The notes under the pieces were generated by a model. That model ran no database searches, was not told the DNA's origin, and worked only from the letters and a program-made list of their open reading frames with translations. From a bacterium (GTDB lineage: Bacteria > Patescibacteriota > Microgenomatia > UBA1400 > UBA12108), in contig JAZDDW010000027.1 of NCBI GenBank assembly GCA_043809365.1, positions 1-40,617 on the forward strand: a DNA stretch of 40,617 bases. Direction: 5' to 3'. The position numbers and the translations under genes were made by a program. Within the stretch, counting starts at the first letter, position 1. Each line of letters opens with the position of its first letter. Positions 19,530-28,710 of this stretch are shown piece after piece.

Positions 19530-20651
19530 ATGGTGATTGGAATTGATTGCTCGAGAGCGTTTAGTGAGCACAAAACAGGTACGGAGAACTACTCCTACCA
19601 CCTTGTCAAACACTTGTTACGAGTGCCAGATTCAAAACAACACAAGTTTGTGCTGTTTATCCGTCCAAATGCTGTGATTGAAAGGGAAATAGTTGGATAT
19701 AGCAATGTAATCATCAAAGAAATCAAGTTGAAGTATTTGTGGACGCAAGTTGGATTGGCCTGGGAGACATGGCAGCAATGGCCAATGGCCAATGGTCTAT
19801 GGTCAATGTTGGATGTGTTGTGGATTCCGGCGCATACTTTGCCAGTTTTGCGTAAACCTGGGATTAGGACAATTGTGACTATTCATGGTCTGGAATATCA
19901 GTGGTTGCCAGAGTACAAAAACTGGCTCCAAAAATGGTACCTACCGTTATCCACGATTTACGCGACGAAAAAAGCAACAAAACTCATTGCAGTGTCGGAA
20001 TTTACCAAGAAACAGCTGGAAAAAGAGCTACATACTAGCTCAAATAAGATCAAAGTGATATATGAGGGAGTGGATTGCGCGCAGTGTCACAGTGACACAG
20101 TGTCACTGCAAAAGTATGGAGTGGAAAGTAAAAAATACGCCTTGTTTGTGGGGACGGTTCAGCCAAGAAAGAACTTGGTAGCTCTGGTTGAGGCATTTGC
20201 TAAGACTCAAATAGAGAAATTGGTGATTGCGGGTGGAGTAGGATGGATGGCAGAGGATATTTTGCGGGCTCCCCTCAAGTATGGAGTGCAGGATAGAATC
20301 GTCTTTACGGGCCGAGTGAGCGAGGAGGAATTAGAGAGTTTGTATCTGGGAGCGGGGGTATATGTACAACCGTCCGTGACAGAGGGGTTTGGGTTGCCGG
20401 TCCTCGAAGCAATGGCGATGGGGATTCCAGTGATTAGTAGCGATGGGGGGGCACTAAGGGAAGTAGTGGGGGAAGCGGGAGTAATAATCAAATTGGGGAA
20501 CAGATTTGTAGAGCGGCTTGCAATAGCGATAAAGCGGGTAATAGACGATAAAAAATTACATAATACACTAATATCTATGGGATATGAGAGAGTAAAGGAA
20601 TTTAGTTGGGAGAAAACGGCACAACAAACACTCAATGTCCTTACGGGGTAG
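19530..20651 (+). CDS. GT4 (group 1) glycosyltransferase
   Basis: VGTVQPRKN and EGFGLPVLEAMAMG; contains in-frame tandem repeats at 19776-19808 and 20082-20105. Confidence 0.92.
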   Translation: MVIGIDCSRAFSEHKTGTENYSYHLVKHLLRVPDSKQHKFVLFIRPNAVIEREIVGYSNVIIKEIKLKYLWTQVGLAWETWQQWPMANGLWSMLDVLWIPAHTLPVLRKPGIRTIVTIHGLEYQWLPEYKNWLQKWYLPLSTIYATKKATKLIAVSEFTKKQLEKELHTSSNKIKVIYEGVDCAQCHSDTVSLQKYGVESKKYALFVGTVQPRKNLVALVEAFAKTQIEKLVIAGGVGWMAEDILRAPLKYGVQDRIVFTGRVSEEELESLYLGAGVYVQPSVTEGFGLPVLEAMAMGIPVISSDGGALREVVGEAGVIIKLGNRFVERLAIAIKRVIDDKKLHNTLISMGYERVKEFSWEKTAQQTLNVLTG

Positions 20652-20670
20652 GGATATAATTAATTATTTG

Positions 20671-20705
20671 AATCATAAATCATAAATTCTTAAATTCTCA
20701 AATTT
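20671..20705 (+). repeat. Intergenic AAATCAT/AAATTCTC tandem repeat with no nested element
   Basis: aatcat aaatcat aaattctt aaattctc aaattt. Confidence 0.75.
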
Positions 20706-20932
20706 AAGATATTATGTATGTATAAATAATTTGTACAAAATGGCAAAAAAGGGGGAAAAGCTTTAGAAATATTTGGTCTTAGAGTAATATTTGGAGAGAT
20801 ACTGGCCAATAACTGATTGGTGTTTTTGTCAATATATGTTATAAGTTATATATTAACTAATATTTTCTGTTGATTTTTGCACAAAATAGATAGAGTTGGT
20901 ATGATGAATGTTGGTTTAACAAGGAGGGATCG

Positions 20933-21763
20933 TTGCAAAAAGCTAAAGTATCGTCTAAACATAGTCAAGTTAGGTCGCAAAGAAGCAATGAAAAGGTGGA
21001 TAAACCCGTAGAAATCTTCGGTGTGACCATCTTTGGCACTCACAGACAAGAAGTGCTAAAGAAAATTGGGCTCCAGAGGAAAGATATGTTGCATGTGGCA
21101 ACGGTCAATCCCGAGTATGTGATGGAGGCGAGGCACAGCCCTGAATTTAGAGAAATTTTAACACATTGTTTGACGGTTGCTGATGGGCATGGAGTGGTGT
21201 GGGCATATCAAATCATAAATCACAAATTCCCTGCCTTGCCGGCAGGCAGGTCAAATTCTCAAATTGAAAGGATAAGTGGCGCCAGGCTGGTGGAGGAGAT
21301 CCTGAAGAGAGCTAACAAGAGGGGGGAGAAAGTGTTTTTGTTGGGAGCCAAGCCGGGAATTGCGGAGAAGGCGGCAACCGAGATGGCTAGACGATATCCG
21401 GGGGCGAGATATGCCTGGTTTGAGGGAGCGAGGACTGTGGCGGTAGAGGCGAGTGAGGAGGCGAGTATGACGATAGCCAAGATCAATGGGTTTGAGCCTG
21501 ACTACCTCCTCGTTGCGTATGGCTCTCCCTGGCAAGATATCTGGATAGAAGAGAATAGATCATATCTGCGGACTAGAGTAGCGATGGGGGTGGGGGGGGT
21601 ACTCGATGAGTGGGCAGGGGTGGTGGCAATTTGCCCCAAATGGTTAGATCGGCTAGGACTTAAGTGGGCATGGCGAGTAATCCATGAACCATGGAGGCTT
21701 TCAAGAGTACTAAAAGTGTTCCAATTTGCTACTCTGGTCTTGTACCATAAGTTAGTAGATTGA
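20933..21763 (+). CDS. WecB/TagA/CpsF family glycosyltransferase
   Basis: TVNPE, ADGHG, VAYGSPWQD, GVGG and EPWR. Start uncertain. Repeat insertion at 21210-21265 with a 21-nt palindrome at 21230-21250. Confidence 0.9.
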   Translation: MQKAKVSSKHSQVRSQRSNEKVDKPVEIFGVTIFGTHRQEVLKKIGLQRKDMLHVATVNPEYVMEARHSPEFREILTHCLTVADGHGVVWAYQIINHKFPALPAGRSNSQIERISGARLVEEILKRANKRGEKVFLLGAKPGIAEKAATEMARRYPGARYAWFEGARTVAVEASEEASMTIAKINGFEPDYLLVAYGSPWQDIWIEENRSYLRTRVAMGVGGVLDEWAGVVAICPKWLDRLGLKWAWRVIHEPWRLSRVLKVFQFATLVLYHKLVD

Positions 21764-21764
21764 T

Positions 21765-22781
21765 CTATTTGGTTCTGAAGTAGTGGGAGTGAGAGAAGGT
21801 AAGTTGTTCTAGTAAGAGATTTTTGAAGGTGAGGAGGGAGTTTTGTTCGTAGAAGAGGAGGAGAGCGTCGCAATATGATTTTTCGTCAACTGTTCGATAT
21901 GAAATGGGGATGAGGTTGTGCGATAACAGGAGAACGTTGCCAATAGTCCGAGCTGTGCGCTTGTTGCCATCCACAAAGGGTTGGATATATGAAAGCATAG
22001 CAACGGCAATGAGCGTCTTTTCAAGTGGATTTTGGGTTTGATTGATAATCTCGATAGTCTGTTTGAGAGACAAGAAAATAGTTTGAGGGTTGGTGAGAGG
22101 CAGGTAAAGAGAGCCACTAATGCCTACTGGGAGGTGGCGAATTCCCGGTTTGATGTTGAGTCCAGCCGTGAGTAATGTGTGAATATGGAGGATATAATCT
22201 AGTGAAAGTTGATTGGGTTTGAGCGGGTGATCCCAGATATAGTTGAGGGTGTCGCGGTGATTGAGAATCATTTGAGTTTCGTAGCTAGTTTTGGAAATGG
22301 CGGGAGAGCCGGTGGTCAAGAGAGTAGCTGTCTCTGATAGAGTATAAGTGTTGCCCTCGATAGCGGAGGATTTCCAGGCAAAATCGATAATAAACCGCTC
22401 CTTTTCTTTTTTGGTGATTATAGGACCGAGGATTTGGATGGCTTCATGTAAATTGCGGAGAGGAAGACTTTGTTCTGCGGGTGTGAGGAGGTGATGGAGG
22501 TGATCAAAAATGGTGGGATTAAAACGTATCTCGAGGTTGAGATCGCGTGACCTGGGATGGGACAAAAGTGGATTGTAGTCCGCGAGTTGATAGAGGGTAG
22601 AGCGGCCAGTGCCAAGAGTGATAATTTGACCAGATAAAAGCAATTTTTGGAGGTCTCGCAGGAGGGTGGGCCGGGTAATATTTTGCAGGCTTGCTTGCAG
22701 ATTGAGACGAGAAAGGGGACCACTGGCGAGGAGGTTAAGGATTGATTCCAGACGTGGTGCGTTTTTCGTCTCATTTTTCAT
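21765..22781 (-). CDS. Fic family protein with N-terminal wHTH
   Basis: SSAIEGNT and QPFVDGNKRTAR (Fic motif with Gln in place of the catalytic His). Inverted repeat 22766-22807 over the start. Confidence 0.88.
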   Translation of the reverse strand: MKNETKNAPRLESILNLLASGPLSRLNLQASLQNITRPTLLRDLQKLLLSGQIITLGTGRSTLYQLADYNPLLSHPRSRDLNLEIRFNPTIFDHLHHLLTPAEQSLPLRNLHEAIQILGPIITKKEKERFIIDFAWKSSAIEGNTYTLSETATLLTTGSPAISKTSYETQMILNHRDTLNYIWDHPLKPNQLSLDYILHIHTLLTAGLNIKPGIRHLPVGISGSLYLPLTNPQTIFLSLKQTIEIINQTQNPLEKTLIAVAMLSYIQPFVDGNKRTARTIGNVLLLSHNLIPISYRTVDEKSYCDALLLFYEQNSLLTFKNLLLEQLTFSHSHYFRTK

Positions 22782-22850
22782 GGTTTTATCGTATCAAAAT
22801 GAAACGATTTGGTCAAATGCGGAGAAAGGGGTGAGTGTTACAATCATCGC

Positions 22851-23909
22851 ATGAGTTTTTGGGAAGATATTTTTAACGTGAATAAGAGAGTTGTGGGATT
22901 GTCGCCGATGGATGGGGTGAGTGACGCGGCATTTCGCTATATGGTGGGGAAGTATGGGAGGCCGGATGTGATGTTCACCGAGTTTGTGAGTGTGGATGCG
23001 TTACATTATGCCACCGGGGAAAGGAGAGAGCGACTGCTAAAAACGTTTGTGCGGGCAAGGGATATTAAACCATCAAACCATTACACCATTACACCATTTG
23101 AGGTGGCACAAGTCTTTGGTCACACGCCCGAATTTTTTGCTGAGGCGGCTGTGTTGGTCGAGAGTCTAGGCTTTGACGGCATCGATATCAACATGGGATG
23201 TCCGGCCCATAACGTGGAAGAACAGGGGAGTGGGGCTGGTCTCATACGGACGCCAAAGCTCGCGCAAGAGCTTATCAGGGTGACACGTGAGGCAACTGTG
23301 CTCCCCGTATCGGTGAAGACGCGGATAGGGATCAAAGATAAAAGTGAGATGGAAGAGTGGATCATGGTTTTGATGGAAGCAAAACCAGTAGTCATCAGTC
23401 TGCATGGGCGGACGCTCAGGCAACTGTATCAGGGAAAAGCGGACTGGGAGACGATAGGGAGGGCGGGAAGAATTGTGCATAAGATGGGGGGGCACATTTT
23501 AGGGAATGGAGACATGACTAGCTTACAGCAAGCGGCTTACAGCGTAGAGCAATATGGAGTGGATGGAGTACTAATCGGGAGGGCGGCAGAGGGGAATCCG
23601 GGGATATTTGCAAAATCACAAATCTCAAATTCTCAAATTCTCCAATTGGAGCCAACAAGGGAGCAGAGATTGGCGTGGGCGGTCGAGCATGCGAAAATAT
23701 TTGAAAAAATTGTTACTGAAAGGGTTCAACCCTTAAAGTCCGAACAAGCGACTTTAAGGGTTGAACCCTCCAAGTTGTTTATGCCGATGAGAAAACATTT
23801 AGCTTGGTATTGTCGAGGATTCCCGGGAGCGGTGGAGCTACGGATGAAGCTGATGCAGGCTAATAGTGCGGACGAGGTGGAGCTTGTGCTTAAAGGGTTG
23901 ATCCTTTGA
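22851..23909 (+). CDS. dus: tRNA-dihydrouridine synthase
   Basis: SPMDGVSD, DINMGCP, SVKTRIG, HGRT, GNGD and IGRAAEGNP. Confidence 0.93.
   Translation: MSFWEDIFNVNKRVVGLSPMDGVSDAAFRYMVGKYGRPDVMFTEFVSVDALHYATGERRERLLKTFVRARDIKPSNHYTITPFEVAQVFGHTPEFFAEAAVLVESLGFDGIDINMGCPAHNVEEQGSGAGLIRTPKLAQELIRVTREATVLPVSVKTRIGIKDKSEMEEWIMVLMEAKPVVISLHGRTLRQLYQGKADWETIGRAGRIVHKMGGHILGNGDMTSLQQAAYSVEQYGVDGVLIGRAAEGNPGIFAKSQISNSQILQLEPTREQRLAWAVEHAKIFEKIVTERVQPLKSEQATLRVEPSKLFMPMRKHLAWYCRGFPGAVELRMKLMQANSADEVELVLKGLIL
23067..23098 (+). repeat. AMACCATY octamer tandem repeat x4, inside dus
   Basis: aaaccatc aaaccatt acaccatt acaccatt. Confidence 0.8.
23613..23647 (+). repeat. AAAT(T)CTC tandem repeat inside dus (empty-site form)
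   Basis: aaatcac aaatctc aaattctc aaattctc caatt; nearly identical to the argS repeat minus its 21-mer. Confidence 0.88.
23721..23769. repeat. REP doublet (REPIN-like), in-frame in dus
   Basis: AGGGTTCAACCCTTAAAGTC-N9-GACTTTAAGGGTTGAACCCT, a perfect 20-bp inverted repeat. Confidence 0.9.
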
Positions 23910-23939
23910 AGTCGAGTATTACTTTGAAGGATCAACCCT
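23894..23939. repeat. REP doublet overlapping the dus stop codon
   Basis: AGGGTTGATCCTTTGAAGT-N8-ACTTTGAAGGATCAACCCT (two G:T pairs). Confidence 0.82.
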
Positions 23940-23944
23940 CAAAA

Positions 23945-24151
23945 TTAACTTTGATCGGGGTTAATACCTAACAACCACTGGACCTGCTCTTTCTTGTATC
24001 GTCTGTCACCACGTGAGTTGATGCGGATCGCCGGGAGTTTGCCACGTTTACCCCAACGCTTGAGGGTGAGGGGGGAGACGCGGAGGAGATCGGCAACTTC
24101 ACGAACAGTAAGTAGATCAGGAAGATTTTTCAAATCAACTTTATCAGCCAT
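23945..24151 (-). CDS. Excisionase-family (HTH_17/MerR-like) DNA-binding protein
   Basis: LLTVREVADLLRVSPLTLKRW...GDRRY. Confidence 0.88.
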   Translation of the reverse strand: MADKVDLKNLPDLLTVREVADLLRVSPLTLKRWGKRGKLPAIRINSRGDRRYKKEQVQWLLGINPDQS

Positions 24152-24212
24152 ACGTGCATATTAACAATTGTCGCGGTATGTGTCAATAGGATAGCATTTG
24201 ATGAGGTGTATG

Positions 24213-24247
24213 TAGCAGTTAGTAGTTAGTAGATAGTAGATGGTATA
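24213..24247 (+). repeat. Intergenic TAGTAGW heptamer tandem repeat
   Basis: tagcagt tagtagt tagtaga tagtaga tggtata. Confidence 0.65.
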
Positions 24248-24389
24248 TAAACTGATAGATTGATGTAGTTAGATTGTGCGTCATCCTACGCACGTTATGC
24301 TACGGAATGATTCACAATTATGATTGGCTGGACACTATGGGTAGGGGGTAGGAAAAGTGGGGAAATGGGGATAAGTAAAAAAAGTCTGA

Positions 24390-25715
24390 TTAGCGATATT
24401 TTTTGAGGATGTCGAGTGCAGAGTTGGTATCGAGCGGCATGCGATTTAGTAATCGAGTGGTGCGTTCGAATATTTCTGTTGCATGGTAACTAGGGGGAAT
24501 AATAGTTGCGCTTTGGACGTGGTCGCGCTGATCTCTAGGGGGAACGGTGGCATAGAGAGTGTCTGGACCAAAGGGAAATAGGTGAGCAAAGGTAGATAAA
24601 AGGCTGATGATAGTATCAAGTTGTTCTGGTGGGAGATGATCATAAGTGGTGCCAAGGAGAGAGTGAAGTGCATGTTGGATATCGTGTCGATATTGGGTGT
24701 GATGGGCAAGAGTGGGGGTCGCGAGAGTGGACAATTCGATCGCATTTAGAATTGATGTGGTCAGAAAGCTGTCGGTAAAAAGTGCATGACCAAGATTAGC
24801 GATGGTGCCAGCCGCCTGGTCGAGGGTAAAGTTGGCTCTGATAGCTGGGCGATTAGTGAGTAGCGAATCAACTTCGAGCTGGTTGGGGAAAAGACCATGT
24901 TGGACCATCGCGCGAATGAGTCGAGAGGTTGAGTTGAGCCAGCTCCCATAACTAGGAGATGTAGCGTGGGAGCGGATGGTGATATGGCGTGGATCTGTTT
25001 CGGGGAGCTTGACTTGAAAGCCTCGGCGGTCAAAAATGACAGGCTGACGTTGAAGATCTCGAAGTGTATGGACACGACTATGTTCGTCTGGTTGGGGAGT
25101 GTTGGTTGTGATAAAGTTGATCCCGGCATGTGTCGTGTCGCGAGTATTAGTCATGCGAATATACGATAAACCTTGGGAATTCCGAATGAGGCTCAAAACA
25201 AAATGTTCGGCGTGACTTGAGTAGGTCTGAATGGCTAAAAGAGTTGCGAAAAGTGTAGTCAAGTTGTCAGGTTTGGGAGAGCGAAATTGGGCGACAAAAT
25301 CATGATTGGGAGCAAGGTACATGAGTACTCGACGCCAAGTTTCGGTCACGGGGTCAAGTTGGGCAGGATCTAGTTCTCCCAGGGCGAAAGAGGCAAAGAG
25401 GCCGTGGTGAGGGGCGGAAGCCGAAAAAATGGGCTGGAGGAGTTGAACCAGTCCAGAGCGGGGATGCTCGGATTGAAAACGAGTGGTAGTGGCGCTACCG
25501 TTAGCAGTTAAGTCGGTGAGAAGATGTTCGTGGAGAAATGTAAAGAGTATATCGTCGAGAGCATCGCCTCCTGCTTGGGCAGAGCGGCCTAGAGTAAATT
25601 CTGGATTCCAGAGTGGAGGTCGGAATTCAAAGAAAGGGCGGTAGCTTGGATCGATGCAACCAGTGAGAAACTCGGTTGCGCGCATGCTATAAGCTGGGTA
25701 GTCTGGCGTAAACAT
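24390..25715 (-). CDS. Hypothetical protein (start may be ATG 25685)
   Basis: Long 441-aa ORF; no family recognised. Confidence 0.65.
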   Translation of the reverse strand: MFTPDYPAYSMRATEFLTGCIDPSYRPFFEFRPPLWNPEFTLGRSAQAGGDALDDILFTFLHEHLLTDLTANGSATTTRFQSEHPRSGLVQLLQPIFSASAPHHGLFASFALGELDPAQLDPVTETWRRVLMYLAPNHDFVAQFRSPKPDNLTTLFATLLAIQTYSSHAEHFVLSLIRNSQGLSYIRMTNTRDTTHAGINFITTNTPQPDEHSRVHTLRDLQRQPVIFDRRGFQVKLPETDPRHITIRSHATSPSYGSWLNSTSRLIRAMVQHGLFPNQLEVDSLLTNRPAIRANFTLDQAAGTIANLGHALFTDSFLTTSILNAIELSTLATPTLAHHTQYRHDIQHALHSLLGTTYDHLPPEQLDTIISLLSTFAHLFPFGPDTLYATVPPRDQRDHVQSATIIPPSYHATEIFERTTRLLNRMPLDTNSALDILKKYR

Positions 25716-26784
25716 AGCCTACTCCTCGTTTGGTATTGATGAGAATGGGTAGATGTAAATTGTGTAGCTTTTGGCGTAGTCGGCGCATGGATTGGTCGAG
25801 TGCCCAGTCGGAATATAAGTTACTCCAGTTGGTACCCCAGATTAGCTCGGCGGCTTGTTCGCGGGAGAGGTAACTATCACTCTGTATGAGAGCAAACAGT
25901 AATCCAAGTTCTTTGGGGGTAAAGTAAGGTGTCAGATCTCTACCTTTGCAGATGATGGAGTGAGGTTGAATATTGAGATTGGCGGTTTGGGCAGAAAGAA
26001 TATGGGGAGCAGACCATGATCCATACAGTTGACCATCTTGACCCGTGAGGTTGTAAAGACAAATTTCTTGGGTTAGTTGAGGGGATCGAGACATGGGTGT
26101 GATGATCCAGTCTTGGTAACAAGCAGGGAGATGGTTCCAGATTAGTTGACATTTTTCCCGAAAGATTTGGTTATCGGCTATTTGAATAAGGGTAGTATCA
26201 GAGCAATGGATAAGTTGGCGTAGGTATTCGTTGATAAGCCATAGCTGGTTACCACAGAGTGCCAATATTTGATCTACCTGATCTTTTGAGAGAGAAAGGT
26301 GCCAGTCACGCGCGAGGTTATGAATATATGTGGGGAGATCATGGGGGTGAGGGAGGGGATAGAGAAAATGATTTTGGTAAAGGAGACTAGGTAGGGATGT
26401 AGCGTCTAATTCGGAGGGAGCACACTCGTGGACAAGGATAATCGATTGATCAGAGCAGGCAAAAGCCTGTTGTAAGATTTCGCCGAAGGCGAGGCGATCT
26501 GGTCCGAGGAACTGACGGTGAGCGACAACAATAATAGGGGTGGTTGTGTGAGATAGTTGTGAACTTAGAGATAGGGGGTTGTTGATGGGTAGGTTGAGGT
26601 CGAAAAGCGCGATTTTGAGACTATGGGTTTGACGTAACCAGTGCACATATTGTGCCAGACGGTAGGTTAATCCAGTATGGGGTAAGAAAAAGACGTTGCC
26701 ACCCTGCTTGGTGGTAATGAGTTGGTATAGACGAGTAAAGTGGGGAAGCTGAGTACTGATGGGTAGATGAGCAAAGTGTTGCAT
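25687..26784 (-). CDS. Degenerate P-loop/STAND-like protein with C-terminal OmpR-type winged helix
   Basis: FTPKELGLLFAL...LSREQAAELIWG...LDQSMRRLRQKL...TKRGVGY. The N-terminal FLPHTGLT looks like a decayed Walker A. Confidence 0.72.
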   Translation of the reverse strand: MQHFAHLPISTQLPHFTRLYQLITTKQGGNVFFLPHTGLTYRLAQYVHWLRQTHSLKIALFDLNLPINNPLSLSSQLSHTTTPIIVVAHRQFLGPDRLAFGEILQQAFACSDQSIILVHECAPSELDATSLPSLLYQNHFLYPLPHPHDLPTYIHNLARDWHLSLSKDQVDQILALCGNQLWLINEYLRQLIHCSDTTLIQIADNQIFREKCQLIWNHLPACYQDWIITPMSRSPQLTQEICLYNLTGQDGQLYGSWSAPHILSAQTANLNIQPHSIICKGRDLTPYFTPKELGLLFALIQSDSYLSREQAAELIWGTNWSNLYSDWALDQSMRRLRQKLHNLHLPILINTKRGVGYVYARLPSL

Positions 26785-26853
26785 AAGCTGACTTATCTGA
26801 CATTGTTATGTCAGTTAACTAATCAAGCTATTTTAGCAGAGTGTGTCAAGATT

Positions 26854-27273
26854 ATGGGGTTAATTTTTGAGAGGGTATTTGGTATGAGAAGAGACAAATA
26901 TACGGACAACATGATGAATAGCAATGATGGAGGCTTTGCGATAGATGTGGCGGGAGTTTTGCAACGACATGGTTATGACTTGTCAAATAGCACATTGAAG
27001 GAATTTTGGGGGTTGACAGAGGCATTTTATGGGCAATCATATGAATGGTTAGCATCAATGGTCGTAAGAAGTGTATATTTGTGGACTACCCAGGGGAGTG
27101 GTGAGTTATCAGATACAAAAGTAACGAAGTTTATCAAACGTGCGGAAAAAGAAGGTCAGAAGTATGCGAAGCAGCACAACTTGCGCTACGGAGACGATGC
27201 GTTCAGAAGGGAAGAACATAGTGAGTTTTACTGGCCTGTGCTCCAGGGAATGATGATTGAAGGGGAAGAGTGA
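26854..27273 (+). CDS. Hypothetical protein
   Basis: ORF with uncertain start; GTGA overlap with the next gene. Confidence 0.5.
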   Translation: MGLIFERVFGMRRDKYTDNMMNSNDGGFAIDVAGVLQRHGYDLSNSTLKEFWGLTEAFYGQSYEWLASMVVRSVYLWTTQGSGELSDTKVTKFIKRAEKEGQKYAKQHNLRYGDDAFRREEHSEFYWPVLQGMMIEGEE

Positions 27274-27644
27274 ATAGGGTTGATGTTAAAACCAGGTGGA
27301 ACGCAGACGAAGAAGCGCTCGATTTAACGATGTCGGCAGAAGCTTTTGAAGAGTCGGGAATGTACGATTTGTTGCATGGGGACGGGACAATGTTAATGGC
27401 AATATTGGGATGTGGTGGATGTGGAGAGCGAGTGGAGGCAGTGGAGCGTATGCCGGTGAGCCAGGTGGAGCGACCATGGTTTGTGGGGAGAATGACGGCT
27501 GATCCAGCGTTAATCAGGCTAAAGTGTAAGTATTTGCAATGGATTATGTTGAGATCGGGGGGTAAAGGGAAGTTACCCCCGTGTATAAGGTTACGTGAGT
27601 TAATTAGAGTGAATAGTGTTCCTGGTTTAGAAGACAATATCTGA
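27270..27644 (+). CDS. Hypothetical protein with CGGC motif
   Basis: 124-aa ORF coupled to the upstream gene. Confidence 0.5.
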   Translation: MNRVDVKTRWNADEEALDLTMSAEAFEESGMYDLLHGDGTMLMAILGCGGCGERVEAVERMPVSQVERPWFVGRMTADPALIRLKCKYLQWIMLRSGGKGKLPPCIRLRELIRVNSVPGLEDNI

Positions 27645-27699
27645 TGGGTCGATCGTAGCGGTGAGGGAGAAGGAAAAATAATGGCTTTCTTTGTTAATC

Positions 27700-27725
27700 A
27701 AAAAGCCCCCAGGTGTGGGGGCTTT
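27700..27725 (-). terminator. Rho-independent terminator after rplL
   Basis: AAAGCCCCCA-N4-TGGGGGCTTT hairpin followed by a T-run on the minus strand. Confidence 0.75.
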
Positions 27726-27747
27726 GAGATCGTCTTTGGGACAAGTA

Positions 27748-28140
27748 TTATTTCAATTCGACAGTGGCGCCGGCTTCTTCGAGCTTTTTCTTGGCGGTTT
27801 CGGCGTCTTCTTTTTTCGCACCTTCCAAAACAGTCTTAGGAGCGGCTTCGACTAGATCCTTGGCTTCTTTGAGGCCGAGGGTCTGGTTGAGTTCGCGGAC
27901 TGCTTTGATGACAGCAATTTTGTTGGCACCGCCTGACGCGAGTACGACGTCAAAGGCGTCTTTCTCTTCCACCGGAGCGGCGGCTGCGGCAGTTGCGGGA
28001 GCAGCCATCACGGGAGCAGCGGCGCTTACGCCAAATTTCTCTTCCAAAGCTTTGACGAGGTCAGCAACCTCCAAAACGGATAATTTTTCGATTTTCTCGA
28101 CGATCTCAGTGAGAACGGGAGAAAGTTTAATGTCGGACAT
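27748..28140 (-). CDS. rplL: 50S ribosomal protein L7/L12
   Basis: [20 protein letters not shown] and [11 protein letters not shown]; AGGAGG RBS. Confidence 0.97.
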   Translation of the reverse strand: MSDIKLSPVLTEIVEKIEKLSVLEVADLVKALEEKFGVSAAAPVMAAPATAAAAAPVEEKDAFDVVLASGGANKIAVIKAVRELNQTLGLKEAKDLVEAAPKTVLEGAKKEDAETAKKKLEEAGATVELK

Positions 28141-28171
28141 ATGTCCTCCTTTTTTACTCAATAATAACTAA

Positions 28172-28708
28172 TTAATTGGCTTTGGCTTGCTTTGTTTGGA
28201 TAGCAGAGATGGCATAAACGAGGCTACGCATGGGAGCAACGAGGATCCCCACCATGTTGCGTGCAGGGTTCACCAGGGTACCGAGGAGTTTGGCGATCAA
28301 TTCGAGCTTACTGGGAAGTTTAGAAAGCTGAATAACTTGTGTGAACGATAAGATTTCTTTGCCCAAGATACCCGCCTTTAGCTTGGGTAATTCTTTTTCA
28401 TTGCTACCGGAAAACTCTACCATGGCCTTGAGTGGGGCGATGGCATCTTTGGTAGCAAAGAGGGTGATGTTGGGACCAGTGAGGTCGGATTCCAATTTGG
28501 TAGTATCAAGGCCCTGATTGGTCATGGCTATTTTAAGCAAGCTATTTTTGGCAACGGTCATGTCACCCCCTGCCGCTTGAATAGCTTGGCGAAGTTTGAC
28601 CTGTTCTTTGACGGTGAGACCGGCGTAGTCAGCGAGGTAAACGGCTTGGGCTAGGGATAATTTGGTTTCTAGTTCTGCGACTGCAGATATATTCTGTTTG
28701 TTTGGCAT
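28172..28708 (-). CDS. rplJ: 50S ribosomal protein L10
   Basis: ADYAGLTV, VAKNSLLKIA and LSKLPSK; operon position. Confidence 0.95.
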   Translation of the reverse strand: MPNKQNISAVAELETKLSLAQAVYLADYAGLTVKEQVKLRQAIQAAGGDMTVAKNSLLKIAMTNQGLDTTKLESDLTGPNITLFATKDAIAPLKAMVEFSGSNEKELPKLKAGILGKEILSFTQVIQLSKLPSKLELIAKLLGTLVNPARNMVGILVAPMRSLVYAISAIQTKQAKAN

Positions 28709-28710
28709 AG

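Noticed and set aside
23945-24151. Excisionase as evidence of a prophage or ICE
   Set aside because: There is no integrase, att pair or phage gene nearby; it looks like a stand-alone HTH regulator.
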